The notes under the pieces: model-generated | Seen by the model: only the letters and a program-made list of their open reading frames with translations | Database searches by the model: none | What the model was told of the DNA's origin: nothing | Made by a program: the position numbers and the translations under genes | Part shown: piece after piece, positions 17,740 through 27,094 of the stretch | How positions within the stretch are numbered: position 1 is the first letter of the stretch | Layout of the letters: every line of letters starts with the position of its first letter | NCBI GenBank assembly: GCA_965248435.1 | Contig: OZ252100.1 | Span: forward strand, 3,520,001-3,584,000 | Origin: Candidatus Latescibacterota bacterium | GTDB lineage: Bacteria; Latescibacterota; UBA2968; GCA-2709665 | DNA: 64,000 bases | Direction of reading: 5' to 3'

Positions 17740-18168
17740 TTATTGGAGGACGACGGCACTGTCGATGTTGGTGAAGACGCTTTCCCGCATACGCTCACCA
17801 TCCATGGCGGTGACGACCGTCCGGTTGACGACGCTGACGACGAGCGCCAGGTCATCCGTCCGGGATGCGCCCGGGATCAGCACGAGGGCGTCTCTAGCAC
17901 CCTTGGCTGCGGCGCGGTCGACCGCATCATTCAGCCTGTCCATGGCCTGCTGCGTAAACTGGATATCCCTTGAGGTGAGCCGGTCCATGGCGTGGTTGGA
18001 GAATTGGAGCGCCTTTCCCTGGCCGATCTCCTTTTGAAACATCTCCTGGAAGGTGGGGGTCCCACGCTTCCCGACCGGATCCTGCCTCTTCGACGACTCG
18101 CCGATGGGGTCATGCCGCCCGATCCGGGGATCGAACGCGTGACGACCCAGGTGGTCGATCCGGTTCAT
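17740..18168 (-). CDS. Flagellar operon protein (TIGR02530 type)
   Basis: LQFSNHAMDRLTSRDI...AAAKGARDALVL...LVVSVVNRTVVTAMD...VFTNIDSAVV; lies between flgD and flgE. Confidence 0.88.
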   Translation of the reverse strand: MNRIDHLGRHAFDPRIGRHDPIGESSKRQDPVGKRGTPTFQEMFQKEIGQGKALQFSNHAMDRLTSRDIQFTQQAMDRLNDAVDRAAAKGARDALVLIPGASRTDDLALVVSVVNRTVVTAMDGERMRESVFTNIDSAVVLQ

Positions 18169-18180
18169 GGTTAACCTCCT

Positions 18181-18852
18181 TTAGAATATCCGAGTCACTG
18201 CTGAAAGCGGGGCTTCTCCGCCATCCAACGTCAGGATGGGGACCCCGTCTTCGTAGCGGACTCCTGTGACTTGGCCGGTTAAGGCCGCTGAGATGGTTAC
18301 CGGATTGCCCTGACCGTTCACGGCGGCGGAGACGATATGAAATTCTCCTGCCTCAACCACCTGCCCTACGGCATCCCTGCCGTCCCAAATCAGCGATCCG
18401 TTGCCTTCATTGGGCGAGAACTCGGTCAGCGTGCGGACGTGGTCGCCGCCCGCGTCGAAAATCAGGATGTCTACCTGATTGGCAGGACCCGCCAGGTGGT
18501 ACCCGAGTTCCACCGATCCGCCCCCTGAGTAGGCGACGGTATCCGTGGGGATTTCCACACCCTTGCCGATCAAGGAAACAGCTGTGTTGCCCTCGATGGC
18601 CTGGCGGAGATCCAACGTGGCCACCGCTTCGTCATCCGAAGAGACGGCCTTGTTGATGTGCTGAAGCTGTTCAAGAGAACTGAACTGCGCCAGCTGCGCG
18701 AGGAAATCCTGATTCTTCACGGGCTCCATGGGGTCCTGGTTCTGGAGTTGCACCAGCAGCAGCTTTAGGAAGGCATCCTGACCCAGGTTCTGGTTTTGTA
18801 CCAGCGATTGGGTAATCGATTCCTGCTGTTCTGGTGCGATGGGATCAACCAA
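18181..18852 (-). CDS. flgD: Hook capping protein FlgD
   Basis: LGQDAFLKLLLVQLQNQDPMEP..FLAQLAQFSSLEQ, C-terminal WDGRD Ig-like domain. Confidence 0.95.
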   Translation of the reverse strand: MVDPIAPEQQESITQSLVQNQNLGQDAFLKLLLVQLQNQDPMEPVKNQDFLAQLAQFSSLEQLQHINKAVSSDDEAVATLDLRQAIEGNTAVSLIGKGVEIPTDTVAYSGGGSVELGYHLAGPANQVDILIFDAGGDHVRTLTEFSPNEGNGSLIWDGRDAVGQVVEAGEFHIVSAAVNGQGNPVTISAALTGQVTGVRYEDGVPILTLDGGEAPLSAVTRIF

Positions 18853-18897
18853 AGTTATTCACCTCCTTCCGATGATATCTTGGTTTCAATTTCGAGT

Positions 18898-21675
18898 CTA
18901 AGCGGTGAAATCCACGCCTCCGTCCTGAGGGGTGGAACCCCTTTGCCGGGATTCTTCCCACGGGTCGCGACGCTGCCGCGAATTGTCGCTGTCCTCTTCC
19001 GCCTTCCTGTCGGAGGCGTCCCGTGAAGAGGGCGAGGCGGGTTCTCGATCTGCCCCGGCCGATCCTCGCTGGTCGATCGAGACTTCGATCTGGTCGACCC
19101 GCACTCCCTGATTGACGAGGGATTCCGTCAGATCAGCCAAGTTGCCTCGCACGACCTGGTAGGCTTCGCGGTTCCCGACAGCGATTTCACCGGTTACCGT
19201 ATCGTTTACTGTCGCCAGCTTTATCGTGACTTCACCCAGCTCGGGTGGGTCCAACCGCAGGGTGACCTGGGTGGTGCCGTCACGAGAGAGGAGCCGCGCA
19301 CCCCGGACGAGCTGATCGGTGACCCGATGGGTCTCCTGCAGCACCTCGGGGCCAGGGCCTCTCTGTTGGACCGGCTCATTTCCCGTCAGCTGTGAGGGAC
19401 GCGGGGATGAAGGGGCCTGAACGGCCTGTGTCGGTCTTGCTGACACCGGTTCTCGAACCTCTTGAATCCGCTGGCCCTCGGGCTTCGGGGTTGCGTCCTG
19501 CTCGGAGTCGAGTGGCTGGGAGAATCTCCCCGCCTCTCTCTCCGGAGTTTGAGGCGTGTCGCCCGAACGCAACTGGACGATTTCCTCACCGTCGGCTTCG
19601 GGTTGGTCCTGCGTAGCGCTGGCACTCACCTGCGCCTTGCGGGACGCCTGTGGATCGACCGACACAACCCGTTTTGGCTCGACCTGGAGGGTCGGGCGTG
19701 CGGGCTCCTGCCGATGCTCAGCTTGTGGCTGAGCCGGCATTGCCCCGGGCTCGGTCTCCAGTCTCGCTGACGGTTCTGCTTTGGTTCCATTCGCTTCGCC
19801 TGTCCCTGTCGGGTGGTGACGCACGACATTCGGCTCGGCAGGCCCGGGCTGGAGTTTGGACTCCAGCGCGGGTTGATGGGTCGTCCTGGCTGCCGATTTG
19901 GCGACGTCAACAGGCCTCTCCTCGCCGGCCGTCCAGCTTACCTGTGGGCGATCCGGAACAGGAGCCGCTTGGGAATCAGCGGTCCTGCCGGTCTCCGAAG
20001 GAACAGACGACTGGCTTACAGAACCATCCATGTGGGTCTCAGGACTTGGGTGACCTGAATTTCTGGAGGCCTCCTGGCTGTGAACCCACCTGGGTTGGAC
20101 ATCATTTCTCACAAAGCTTCCAGCTGTTGGCGGGTCCCGATCTGCCGAGACTGCCACCTCCCCTGCCGACGCTGCAATAACACCTGCCAGAGGAGATGTG
20201 GCTGAACGACCCCCGCCCGATTCCACGACGCCCTCAGACGATTCCTGTTGGAACGGCATGACCCTGGGAGGAGAGTCGTTCATCCTTCCCTGGGGCAGCC
20301 TCCCGGACGCGAAGACCCCGGGTTGCTGATCGCTCAGCTTTCCCTGGGCCGAAGGCGTCCCGGACCCACCCGGTTCAGGCGGTTCGGGCTGGGACGTAAA
20401 GACCCCGGGTTGCTGATCGCTCAGCTTTCCCTGGGCCGAAGGCGTCCCGGACCCGCCCGGTTCAGGCGGTTTGGGCTGGGACGTAAAGACCCCGGGTTGC
20501 TGATCGCTCAGCTTTCCCTGGGCCGAAGGCGTCCCGGACCCACCCGGTTCAGGCGGTTCGGGCTGGGACGTAAAGACCCCGGGTTGCTGATCGCTCAGCT
20601 TTCCCTGGGCCGAAGGCGTCCCGGACCCGCCCGGTTCAGGCGGTTCGGGCTGGAATTCAACAGCGAGAAGTGATTCGTTCGGACGCACCTGACGGAGTAC
20701 CCCTGAGGATTCCGGTATTCCACCCTCGGACTGCTCTCCAAATAGGGGGTCTACCGGCGGTTGTCCACGTTGAGGGTTCTTCAAGTGTCCGAACGATTCT
20801 GATTCCGTGTCTTCCGGCGGCATTTCCGGTTTCAGGAGCACGGGTTGAGCGGGGTGCGGTCGAGATGATGCTTCGCCCCCGGCCCATCCGCCGTTCCCTT
20901 CCGAACCAAATCGTTCGAGAACGGGCTGGATTCCAAAACTCGGTCCTGAAATGAACGGGATGCCGCCCGACGGGACGGAGTCGGAAGACAGAATGCCTCC
21001 GCCGTCCCCCTCGGCCCTTCGAGGAGGTTCGACCTGCGAACTTCCCTGATCCTGGGTCGCGGGGATCTCTCCGGAATTCGGATGCTCCACTGGCTCAGGC
21101 GATTCCCTTCGCAGGAGGGTGACGTGGCCGGCTTCTACCGGTCCGTTCGTGACCCGGCCAGAAGGGCCGGGGTCGGTTTCACGTTCCTGCAGCACGGGAT
21201 TCGTATGATCCAAAACAGCGTCCTTCAGTCTCTCAAGACCTTTACCGGAAAGTGGGTGCTCCTTGGGATTCCTCGACTCACCATCCTGGATTTCCTCCGG
21301 AATGGCGGGGTCCTGGTCTCGGGCAGGCGCGGGTCTTTCTGCCTGGCCCCATCCAAGCGCCGAGGAGAGGTTCTCTCCTTCCTGAGCAGGTGGCTCTGAC
21401 TCCGCGCCCCATTCTGGTAGCTTTGGGGCGTTCGGATCTGTCCGGAGCGACCTGTCGGCCAAGATTCCTTCGATGAGCTTGGCCAATGAAGGATACACCG
21501 TTTGTGAGCCCCCGGTCGGCGAGGCCTGTCCCAGGTGCGCATCCAAGTCCTGCTGCGCCTGCTGAAGCGCTTCCTGGAACGGAGAATCCTGACTGCCGAA
21601 GAGTGCAGCATTCCCCGAAGGTCCCGTCGTGTTTTCAACCTCCGCCTCTAAGAGTTGGAGTGGATTGAGCAACAT
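18898..21675 (-). CDS. fliK: Hook-length control protein FliK (925 aa)
   Basis: Long P/S/Q/E-rich region plus C-terminal T3S4 domain LRLDPPELGEVTI; ATG at 21675 preceded by GGAGA. Confidence 0.88.
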   Translation of the reverse strand: MLLNPLQLLEAEVENTTGPSGNAALFGSQDSPFQEALQQAQQDLDAHLGQASPTGGSQTVYPSLAKLIEGILADRSLRTDPNAPKLPEWGAESEPPAQEGENLSSALGWGQAERPAPARDQDPAIPEEIQDGESRNPKEHPLSGKGLERLKDAVLDHTNPVLQERETDPGPSGRVTNGPVEAGHVTLLRRESPEPVEHPNSGEIPATQDQGSSQVEPPRRAEGDGGGILSSDSVPSGGIPFISGPSFGIQPVLERFGSEGNGGWAGGEASSRPHPAQPVLLKPEMPPEDTESESFGHLKNPQRGQPPVDPLFGEQSEGGIPESSGVLRQVRPNESLLAVEFQPEPPEPGGSGTPSAQGKLSDQQPGVFTSQPEPPEPGGSGTPSAQGKLSDQQPGVFTSQPKPPEPGGSGTPSAQGKLSDQQPGVFTSQPEPPEPGGSGTPSAQGKLSDQQPGVFASGRLPQGRMNDSPPRVMPFQQESSEGVVESGGGRSATSPLAGVIAASAGEVAVSADRDPPTAGSFVRNDVQPRWVHSQEASRNSGHPSPETHMDGSVSQSSVPSETGRTADSQAAPVPDRPQVSWTAGEERPVDVAKSAARTTHQPALESKLQPGPAEPNVVRHHPTGTGEANGTKAEPSARLETEPGAMPAQPQAEHRQEPARPTLQVEPKRVVSVDPQASRKAQVSASATQDQPEADGEEIVQLRSGDTPQTPEREAGRFSQPLDSEQDATPKPEGQRIQEVREPVSARPTQAVQAPSSPRPSQLTGNEPVQQRGPGPEVLQETHRVTDQLVRGARLLSRDGTTQVTLRLDPPELGEVTIKLATVNDTVTGEIAVGNREAYQVVRGNLADLTESLVNQGVRVDQIEVSIDQRGSAGADREPASPSSRDASDRKAEEDSDNSRQRRDPWEESRQRGSTPQDGGVDFTA
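20312..20653. repeat. In-frame 87-bp tandem repeat, ~3.9 copies, inside fliK
   Basis: GACCCCGGGTTGCTGATC... starts at 20314, 20401, 20488 and 20575; encodes QPEPPEPGGSGTPSAQGKLSDQQPGVFTS. Confidence 0.98.
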
Positions 21676-21745
21676 GGGATGAATCTCCAATTGGGACTCT
21701 GGTAAACCGCAATTGCCAAGCGATAGTCCTACAACTGGAAGTATG

Positions 21746-21761
21746 TGAAAGATCGGTGCCG
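21746..21761 (-). promoter_or_regulatory. Possible degenerate sigma54 promoter for fliK-flgD
   Basis: CGGCAC-CGATC-TTTCA: good -24 element, but the -12 reads TC instead of GC. Confidence 0.3.
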
Positions 21762-21773
21762 TGAATCCGAACA

Positions 21774-22349
21774 TTATTGTTTGCCTCCACCCTTTCCCTC
21801 CAGGAGCTGTGCGGAGAGACTGGCTTTTCGTTCGTCGTTGGCGAGGCCGTTCAGGATTCTGGCGGCTTGACGCTCGTCTAGCGTTGGAAGGATTTCAAGC
21901 ACCATTTGGTCGCTCATCTGGTCCATGATGGCGGCCGCGTCAGCGGGGCGCATCGCTCCGTAGAGTGTCGTAAGCTGTTCCAACCGCTCGGATCGGAGCT
22001 TGCTCTTGTCTTCACTCCCGGATTCGCCCTGCTGAATGAGGTCCTTGACCTCCGTGGAAAGCGAGTCTCTGACCTGAACCAGGACTTTCTGCTCATCGAC
22101 GAGCCTTTGGAGATCGCCTTGGAGTTCCTCCTTCTGCTGCTGCAAAAGCATCAGAGCGTCTTGTTCCTCGGAGACTTCTCCGGCCCTTAGAAACGCACTT
22201 TGACTGCCGGGCATCTCTCCCAACAACAGGGCACGTGCTTCGTCCACGTTTTCTACAACGCCTGTGGCGAAGAGCATGACCAGCCCGATGGCTGAGAACG
22301 AGAGACCCATACCGATAAGCAGCAGCAGCACGAGTGCGAGCTTTTTCAT
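21774..22349 (-). CDS. MotE/YlxF/FlbB-like protein (TM + coiled coil + MgtE-N-like helical domain)
   Basis: LYGAMRPADAAAIMDQM...ILPTLDERQAARIL; lies between fliJ and fliK. Confidence 0.8.
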   Translation of the reverse strand: MKKLALVLLLLIGMGLSFSAIGLVMLFATGVVENVDEARALLLGEMPGSQSAFLRAGEVSEEQDALMLLQQQKEELQGDLQRLVDEQKVLVQVRDSLSTEVKDLIQQGESGSEDKSKLRSERLEQLTTLYGAMRPADAAAIMDQMSDQMVLEILPTLDERQAARILNGLANDERKASLSAQLLEGKGGGKQ

Positions 22350-22512
22350 AAGTTTGGCCGGAAGTCCGCCTTATTATATCCGTGGAAAATCGTTTCCGAC
22401 GTGGCGAGGTCGAGTTTCGAGTCCGGAGGGGTCGATCTGGTCACACTTCTGGATATACGTGGACCTATCTCCCGCCAACGGTTCTCCGTTTTGCCACTAG
22501 CCGGGTGATTCT

Positions 22513-22962
22513 CTACAGATGCGTTCTGTTTGCGCGTCGGTTGGTGCTCTCGTCCATGCGAGCTTGATCCCGACGGCGCTCTGTCTTGCGATACGTCTGG
22601 TAGTCCCGCTCTTTCAGGTTTTCCAGTACCTTTACCTCCTGGACGGTCTTGAGCAGGATTTCCCTCTTCTGATCGGTCACCGATTGGGTGTTTCGTAGAT
22701 TGCGATGCTGCTTCTCTATCTTCCCTTCAAGTCGTTGTAGGTAAGTGCGAGCAAGCTTGAGCTCGGTCGTGTTGATATGCCCCGACTGTTTGGCGCGCAG
22801 TTGATCCAGACAGTCATCTTTCTGGCCCTGGAGCCGGCTGAGATCGGACTCTGTCGATCTCACCCGACGTCTGGCCGCCGCAAGATCTTCGCGATCACGA
22901 TCTTCCTCGCGTTTCTTTGCTTTTTTGACCGATTCCAGTCGCCAGGTGAATCTCCTGGCCAT
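22513..22962 (-). CDS. fliJ: Flagellar export protein FliJ
   Basis: RFTWRLESV N-terminus, coiled coil, VKVLENLKER..DQARMDE; downstream of fliI. Confidence 0.88.
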   Translation of the reverse strand: MARRFTWRLESVKKAKKREEDRDREDLAAARRRVRSTESDLSRLQGQKDDCLDQLRAKQSGHINTTELKLARTYLQRLEGKIEKQHRNLRNTQSVTDQKREILLKTVQEVKVLENLKERDYQTYRKTERRRDQARMDESTNRRANRTHL

Positions 22963-23174
22963 TCATTGACCCCCGTGTGAGTAGATCGTTGGCTCGTTTG
23001 CTACAACGCTGTCCTCGTGGCTTTCTCCCCGTAGGGTTCTGGCCGCTCCTGCGGCGTCTCTGCAAGACAAGGAGGTCCTCAGACATCCACTAGTGGGATG
23101 TTGACGCACGTATCTCCTTAGCTTTTTGCGAAGTACGGCTAAGCACACAACGATATCGAGTCGACTATGTGGGT

Positions 23175-24488
23175 TTATCCAGTCGCCTGGAGCAGATGAA
23201 TCATCTCCTCGACACTCTGGTCGAATTCGAAATGTTCGTTTACACCCTGTCTCAGAAGCTGATTGATCCGATCGATGTGATCGATCGCGAAGTCGATTTG
23301 TTCGCTGTTTCCCCTTTGGTAAGCGCCTACGTTGATCAGGTCCTCGGCTTCCCGGTGTGTGACCATGATCTCCTTGATCCGATTGGCTCGCTCCATGTGC
23401 TCAGGGGTGACGACTTCGCTCATGACCCTGCTGACGCTTCCGAGTGGATCGATGGCTGGATAATGACCCAGAGCCGCCAGTCTTCGGGAAAGGACGATAT
23501 GACCGTCCAGTATGGCCCTGACGGCATCGGCAACGGGTTCATCGAGATCATCTCCTTCCACGAGGACCGTGTAGAGCCCGGTTATGCTTCCTCGCATTCC
23601 CATTCCTGCTCGCTCCAGCAGCCGGGGGAGGAGGGCGAACGTGGATGGCGTGTAGCCCCGTGTCGTGGGCGGTTCACCGATCGCCAAACCGACTTCCCGC
23701 TGGGCGGTGGCCACGCGGGTGACGGAGTCCATGAGCAGCATCACGTCCTTCCCCTGGTCGCGGAAGTATTCAGCGATGGCCGTCGCGACGTGCGCCCCCT
23801 TGATCCGAACGAGGGCGGGCTGGTCGGATGTCGCAACAACGACGATAGACCGGGCCAGTCCTTCCGGGCCAAGGTCCCGCTCCAGAAACTCTCTGACCTC
23901 CCTTCCGCGTTCACCGATGAGCGCAATGACGCTGATATCTGCGTCCGAGTGTTTGGCAAGCATACCCAGGAGAACGCTCTTTCCGATACCGCTGCCGGAG
24001 AAGATCCCGACCCTTTGTCCTTTCCCACACGTGAGCAACGTGTCGACTGCCCGGATGCCGGTTCCGAGGGGTTCCTGAATGCGGCGTCGGGTCATTGGAT
24101 CGGGTGGGGGGCTGGAGGCCGGGCGTTTCTCACTGCTCCAGATCGGTCCCTTCCCGTCGATAGGTTCTCCCAGGCCGTTGATGACTCGCCCGAGGAGCTC
24201 GTCACCGACGCGAACCGCGAAGGGTTCATCCATGGCCGTTACGCGGCTTCCCGGGGCGATGCCCTGCATTTCTCCGAGGGGCATCATCAGCACCCTATTC
24301 TCTTTGAATCCGACGACCTCGGTAAAGACGGGTGTCCCGCCTTCAGGACCGTCAATGCGGCAGGACTCTCCGATGGATACTGGAGGCCCGTTCGTTTCAA
24401 TGACGAGTCCGACGACCTGGCTAACTTTGCCCCTTATGCGGATGGGTTCGGCAGCCTCAACTGCTCGAATCATCCGATTCGTGTTCAT
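23175..24488 (-). CDS. fliI: Flagellar export ATPase FliI
   Basis: GIFSGSGIGKS, ALIGERGREVREF, LLMDSVTR, ILDGHIVLSR. Confidence 0.97.
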   Translation of the reverse strand: MNTNRMIRAVEAAEPIRIRGKVSQVVGLVIETNGPPVSIGESCRIDGPEGGTPVFTEVVGFKENRVLMMPLGEMQGIAPGSRVTAMDEPFAVRVGDELLGRVINGLGEPIDGKGPIWSSEKRPASSPPPDPMTRRRIQEPLGTGIRAVDTLLTCGKGQRVGIFSGSGIGKSVLLGMLAKHSDADISVIALIGERGREVREFLERDLGPEGLARSIVVVATSDQPALVRIKGAHVATAIAEYFRDQGKDVMLLMDSVTRVATAQREVGLAIGEPPTTRGYTPSTFALLPRLLERAGMGMRGSITGLYTVLVEGDDLDEPVADAVRAILDGHIVLSRRLAALGHYPAIDPLGSVSRVMSEVVTPEHMERANRIKEIMVTHREAEDLINVGAYQRGNSEQIDFAIDHIDRINQLLRQGVNEHFEFDQSVEEMIHLLQATG

Positions 24489-25314
24489 CCGCTTCGCCTT
24501 CCCTCCGGATCTCATCGATCAGGACTGTCTTGAGTCTTTCGATTCGTTCCTCTATTTGGGCATCGACATCGCCCTTCGGCGTTTCGACAATGCAGCCTCC
24601 GGGTGAGATATCGCCGTCGGACTCGATGATCAGCTCTTGAATGCCTTCGAGTGCTTGGAGCCAATCGTTTCGGTGCTGCCTGATGGTCTCAAGGTTATCG
24701 GGATGCACTTTGATCACGACCTGGGACTTGTCCTGCAGGTGATCAAGGCACTCCCGAACGGCCTCGAGTATCGGCTCCTCCCGAACTTCTACGGCTTCTC
24801 CGATGATTTTCCTCGATATGGCGAGTACGAGATCGACCAGTGACTGGTCGGAATCCTTGTAGCGGGTCTTCCACTGGGCGCCGAGGTCCTCCAGGACGGA
24901 TTTGAATCGGTCGATCTCTTCCTGGCTCTGGTCCTGGCCTTCCTTCAACCCTTCGGAGCGTCCATCTTCGAACCCGGACTTGTAGGCTTCCTCCTTTTCT
25001 CGCTGGAAGCGTTCCTCGAATTCCTTGAGGCGCTCCTCGACGAGGGCTTCTACCTCGAGGGCAGAAGGCTGCGCCTCTTCGACGGGTTCCTGGCCCTCTT
25101 CGGGCGCTTCGAGTGCGGGCTCCCCCTCTTCCGCGGGTTGCGCTTCTTCTGACTGCTCTCCTTCTGAAGAAGCAACCTGCTCTGCAGACTCCGCGAGATC
25201 GAGGAACTCACCTTCGGCACCTTCGGGTTCAAACTCAGATTCTATTTCACCCAATAGATCCCGTAGTCGTACGGATTGTTCTGAAATTCTGGAGCTGCGA
25301 ATGACCTTGTCCAT
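24457..25314 (-). CDS. fliH: Flagellar assembly protein FliH
   Basis: AYKSGFEDGRSEGLKEG GxxxG repeats, VHPD, GGCIVET. Confidence 0.92.
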   Translation of the reverse strand: MDKVIRSSRISEQSVRLRDLLGEIESEFEPEGAEGEFLDLAESAEQVASSEGEQSEEAQPAEEGEPALEAPEEGQEPVEEAQPSALEVEALVEERLKEFEERFQREKEEAYKSGFEDGRSEGLKEGQDQSQEEIDRFKSVLEDLGAQWKTRYKDSDQSLVDLVLAISRKIIGEAVEVREEPILEAVRECLDHLQDKSQVVIKVHPDNLETIRQHRNDWLQALEGIQELIIESDGDISPGGCIVETPKGDVDAQIEERIERLKTVLIDEIRREGEADEHESDDSSS

Positions 25315-25320
25315 CAGAGC

Positions 25321-26853
25321 CTATGCTGTGGCCGATCTCGTTTGGGCAGCGTCTTCTATGAGCATGGTGCGGATGAGTTTGGCCGCATCTTCAGGCCGCT
25401 CGGATATCAACTGTGCGATGCGACCCAACAAGAGTTCGTGCGGAGTCTCGGGCAGTTCTTCGGCAACCGATTCCTCTTCCAACTCGGCTTGTGCCTGGAG
25501 GGCAATCTCTTCCTCGCGGGCGACACCGCGCCCAATGGCGCCGATGATTGCACGCAGCACCAGCAGGGCCATGATGACGCCGATCAGCTTTGCTGCGTTC
25601 AGGACGATCTCGGTGATGAGCGCTTCACGCTCATCCGCCTTCCGCTTGATATCCTGCTGGGCCCGAATGTCGGTGATCGCGAATGGGAAGCTGCTGATTT
25701 GGAGCTGATCGCCTCGAGCACTGTCCAACCCGACGGCACCACGCACGAGGTCCGCGACCATGTCTATCTCCTCAGGCGTGCGATCTCGGAAGGGCACCGC
25801 TTCATCTTCCGCCGCTTCGAGTATATTCGGCACGTTCCGGTTGACCGTCAGGGAGACAGAAATCCGTCTGATGGAGCCGACCGACCCCGCGATTCGCTTG
25901 ATGGTCTTGTTGACTTCGTAGTTCGAGACGGTGCTTTCCTTGGTTCCGGACTCCGCCGAACTCTCTTCGTTGCGCTGCTCGCTGCGGATGACCCTCGAGG
26001 CTGGATCGAAGGCCTCAACCGTCTCCTCGGTCTGATCGAAGCTCAATTCTGTCGTGACCCTGACGACCGCCTGGTCCGGTCCCAGGACGTGATCGAGCGT
26101 TTCCTGTGCCCTGGCCTCGAGATAGTGCTCGACGTTCCGTTGAACTTCGAGCTGTTTCGAGGTGAGTCGTGCCAGAGGATCGATCTCCTCGGAGAGGAGA
26201 TTCCCCTCGCTGTCTGCGACCACGATGTTTCTGAAGTCCAGACCTTCCACGCTGGCCGCGACCAGCCGCTGAATGCCCTCAATTTGTCTCGTCGTTGGAG
26301 CCATTCTCTGCCGCAACCTGAGCATGATTGAAGCCGTCGTGATCTTCTGGTCCTCGGTGAAGAGGCTGGGTTCAGGCATTACGACGTGGAGCCGAACGTC
26401 TTCCACCTGCTCGAGCTCCATAATCGTCTTCTTGAGTTCGCCCTCGAGGGCCTGACGCATCTTGACCTTCTGAAGAAAGTCCGTCATGCCGAGGGGGACT
26501 TCATCGAAGATCTCGTAGCCGATCAGTCCTGTGGAAGGGAAGCCTTCGGCCGCGAGCGCCGCTCGAAGCCTTAAACGATCTTCCTCGGGGACCATCACGA
26601 GGGTCCCGTCTCCACCCAATTGGTAGTCCTGATTCAACTCCCGAAGCCGGGCGGAGAGTTCCCCTGCTTCTTTAAGATCCAGGTCGGTGTAGAGCGGGAG
26701 GTATTCTACTTTACTCTCGCCGCCGCCAGCCGAGAGGACGATCAAGAGAATGACGACGAGACCTCCACCGCCCCCGAAAGCGATCTTCCGGTTTCGATCG
26801 AGCCCTCCCCACATCTCTTGAGCCCGTTCCATCAGGGCGCGCAGTTGATCCAT
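25321..26853 (-). CDS. fliF: MS-ring protein FliF
   Basis: GYEIFD, ALEGEL, SLF, VAASVEGL, two TM helices, C-terminal PEDAAKLIRTML. Confidence 0.95.
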   Translation of the reverse strand: MDQLRALMERAQEMWGGLDRNRKIAFGGGGGLVVILLIVLSAGGGESKVEYLPLYTDLDLKEAGELSARLRELNQDYQLGGDGTLVMVPEEDRLRLRAALAAEGFPSTGLIGYEIFDEVPLGMTDFLQKVKMRQALEGELKKTIMELEQVEDVRLHVVMPEPSLFTEDQKITTASIMLRLRQRMAPTTRQIEGIQRLVAASVEGLDFRNIVVADSEGNLLSEEIDPLARLTSKQLEVQRNVEHYLEARAQETLDHVLGPDQAVVRVTTELSFDQTEETVEAFDPASRVIRSEQRNEESSAESGTKESTVSNYEVNKTIKRIAGSVGSIRRISVSLTVNRNVPNILEAAEDEAVPFRDRTPEEIDMVADLVRGAVGLDSARGDQLQISSFPFAITDIRAQQDIKRKADEREALITEIVLNAAKLIGVIMALLVLRAIIGAIGRGVAREEEIALQAQAELEEESVAEELPETPHELLLGRIAQLISERPEDAAKLIRTMLIEDAAQTRSATA

Positions 26854-26901
26854 AATTACCTGACCTCTTTGGTGAATCTGGTTTCGGATTTCCCCGACGA
26901 G

Positions 26902-26929
26902 ATATCTGCTTCCTTCGAGTTTCTCTTTA
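26902..26929 (-). promoter_or_regulatory. Putative sigma28-type promoter upstream of fliF
   Basis: TAAA-N16-GCAGATAT versus consensus TAAA-N15/16-GCCGATAW. Confidence 0.4.
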
Positions 26930-27094
26930 GAGTCCCGGGTTGACCACGGATCGAGGCAGACAGACCCCCCCCCGCCAACACCCCATCTACTGGGTATGGA
27001 CTTCCTCTCACGGTCTGGATCGACCGTTAAATCAGATCAAGGCCACAGATGTTCGGATGATGCCTGTCGCTTCTCCTGATCTTAAGTCTGCACC

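Noticed and set aside
20312-20653. 87-bp repeats as a CRISPR array
   Set aside because: Units are contiguous with no unique spacers, are in frame inside fliK, and no cas genes are present
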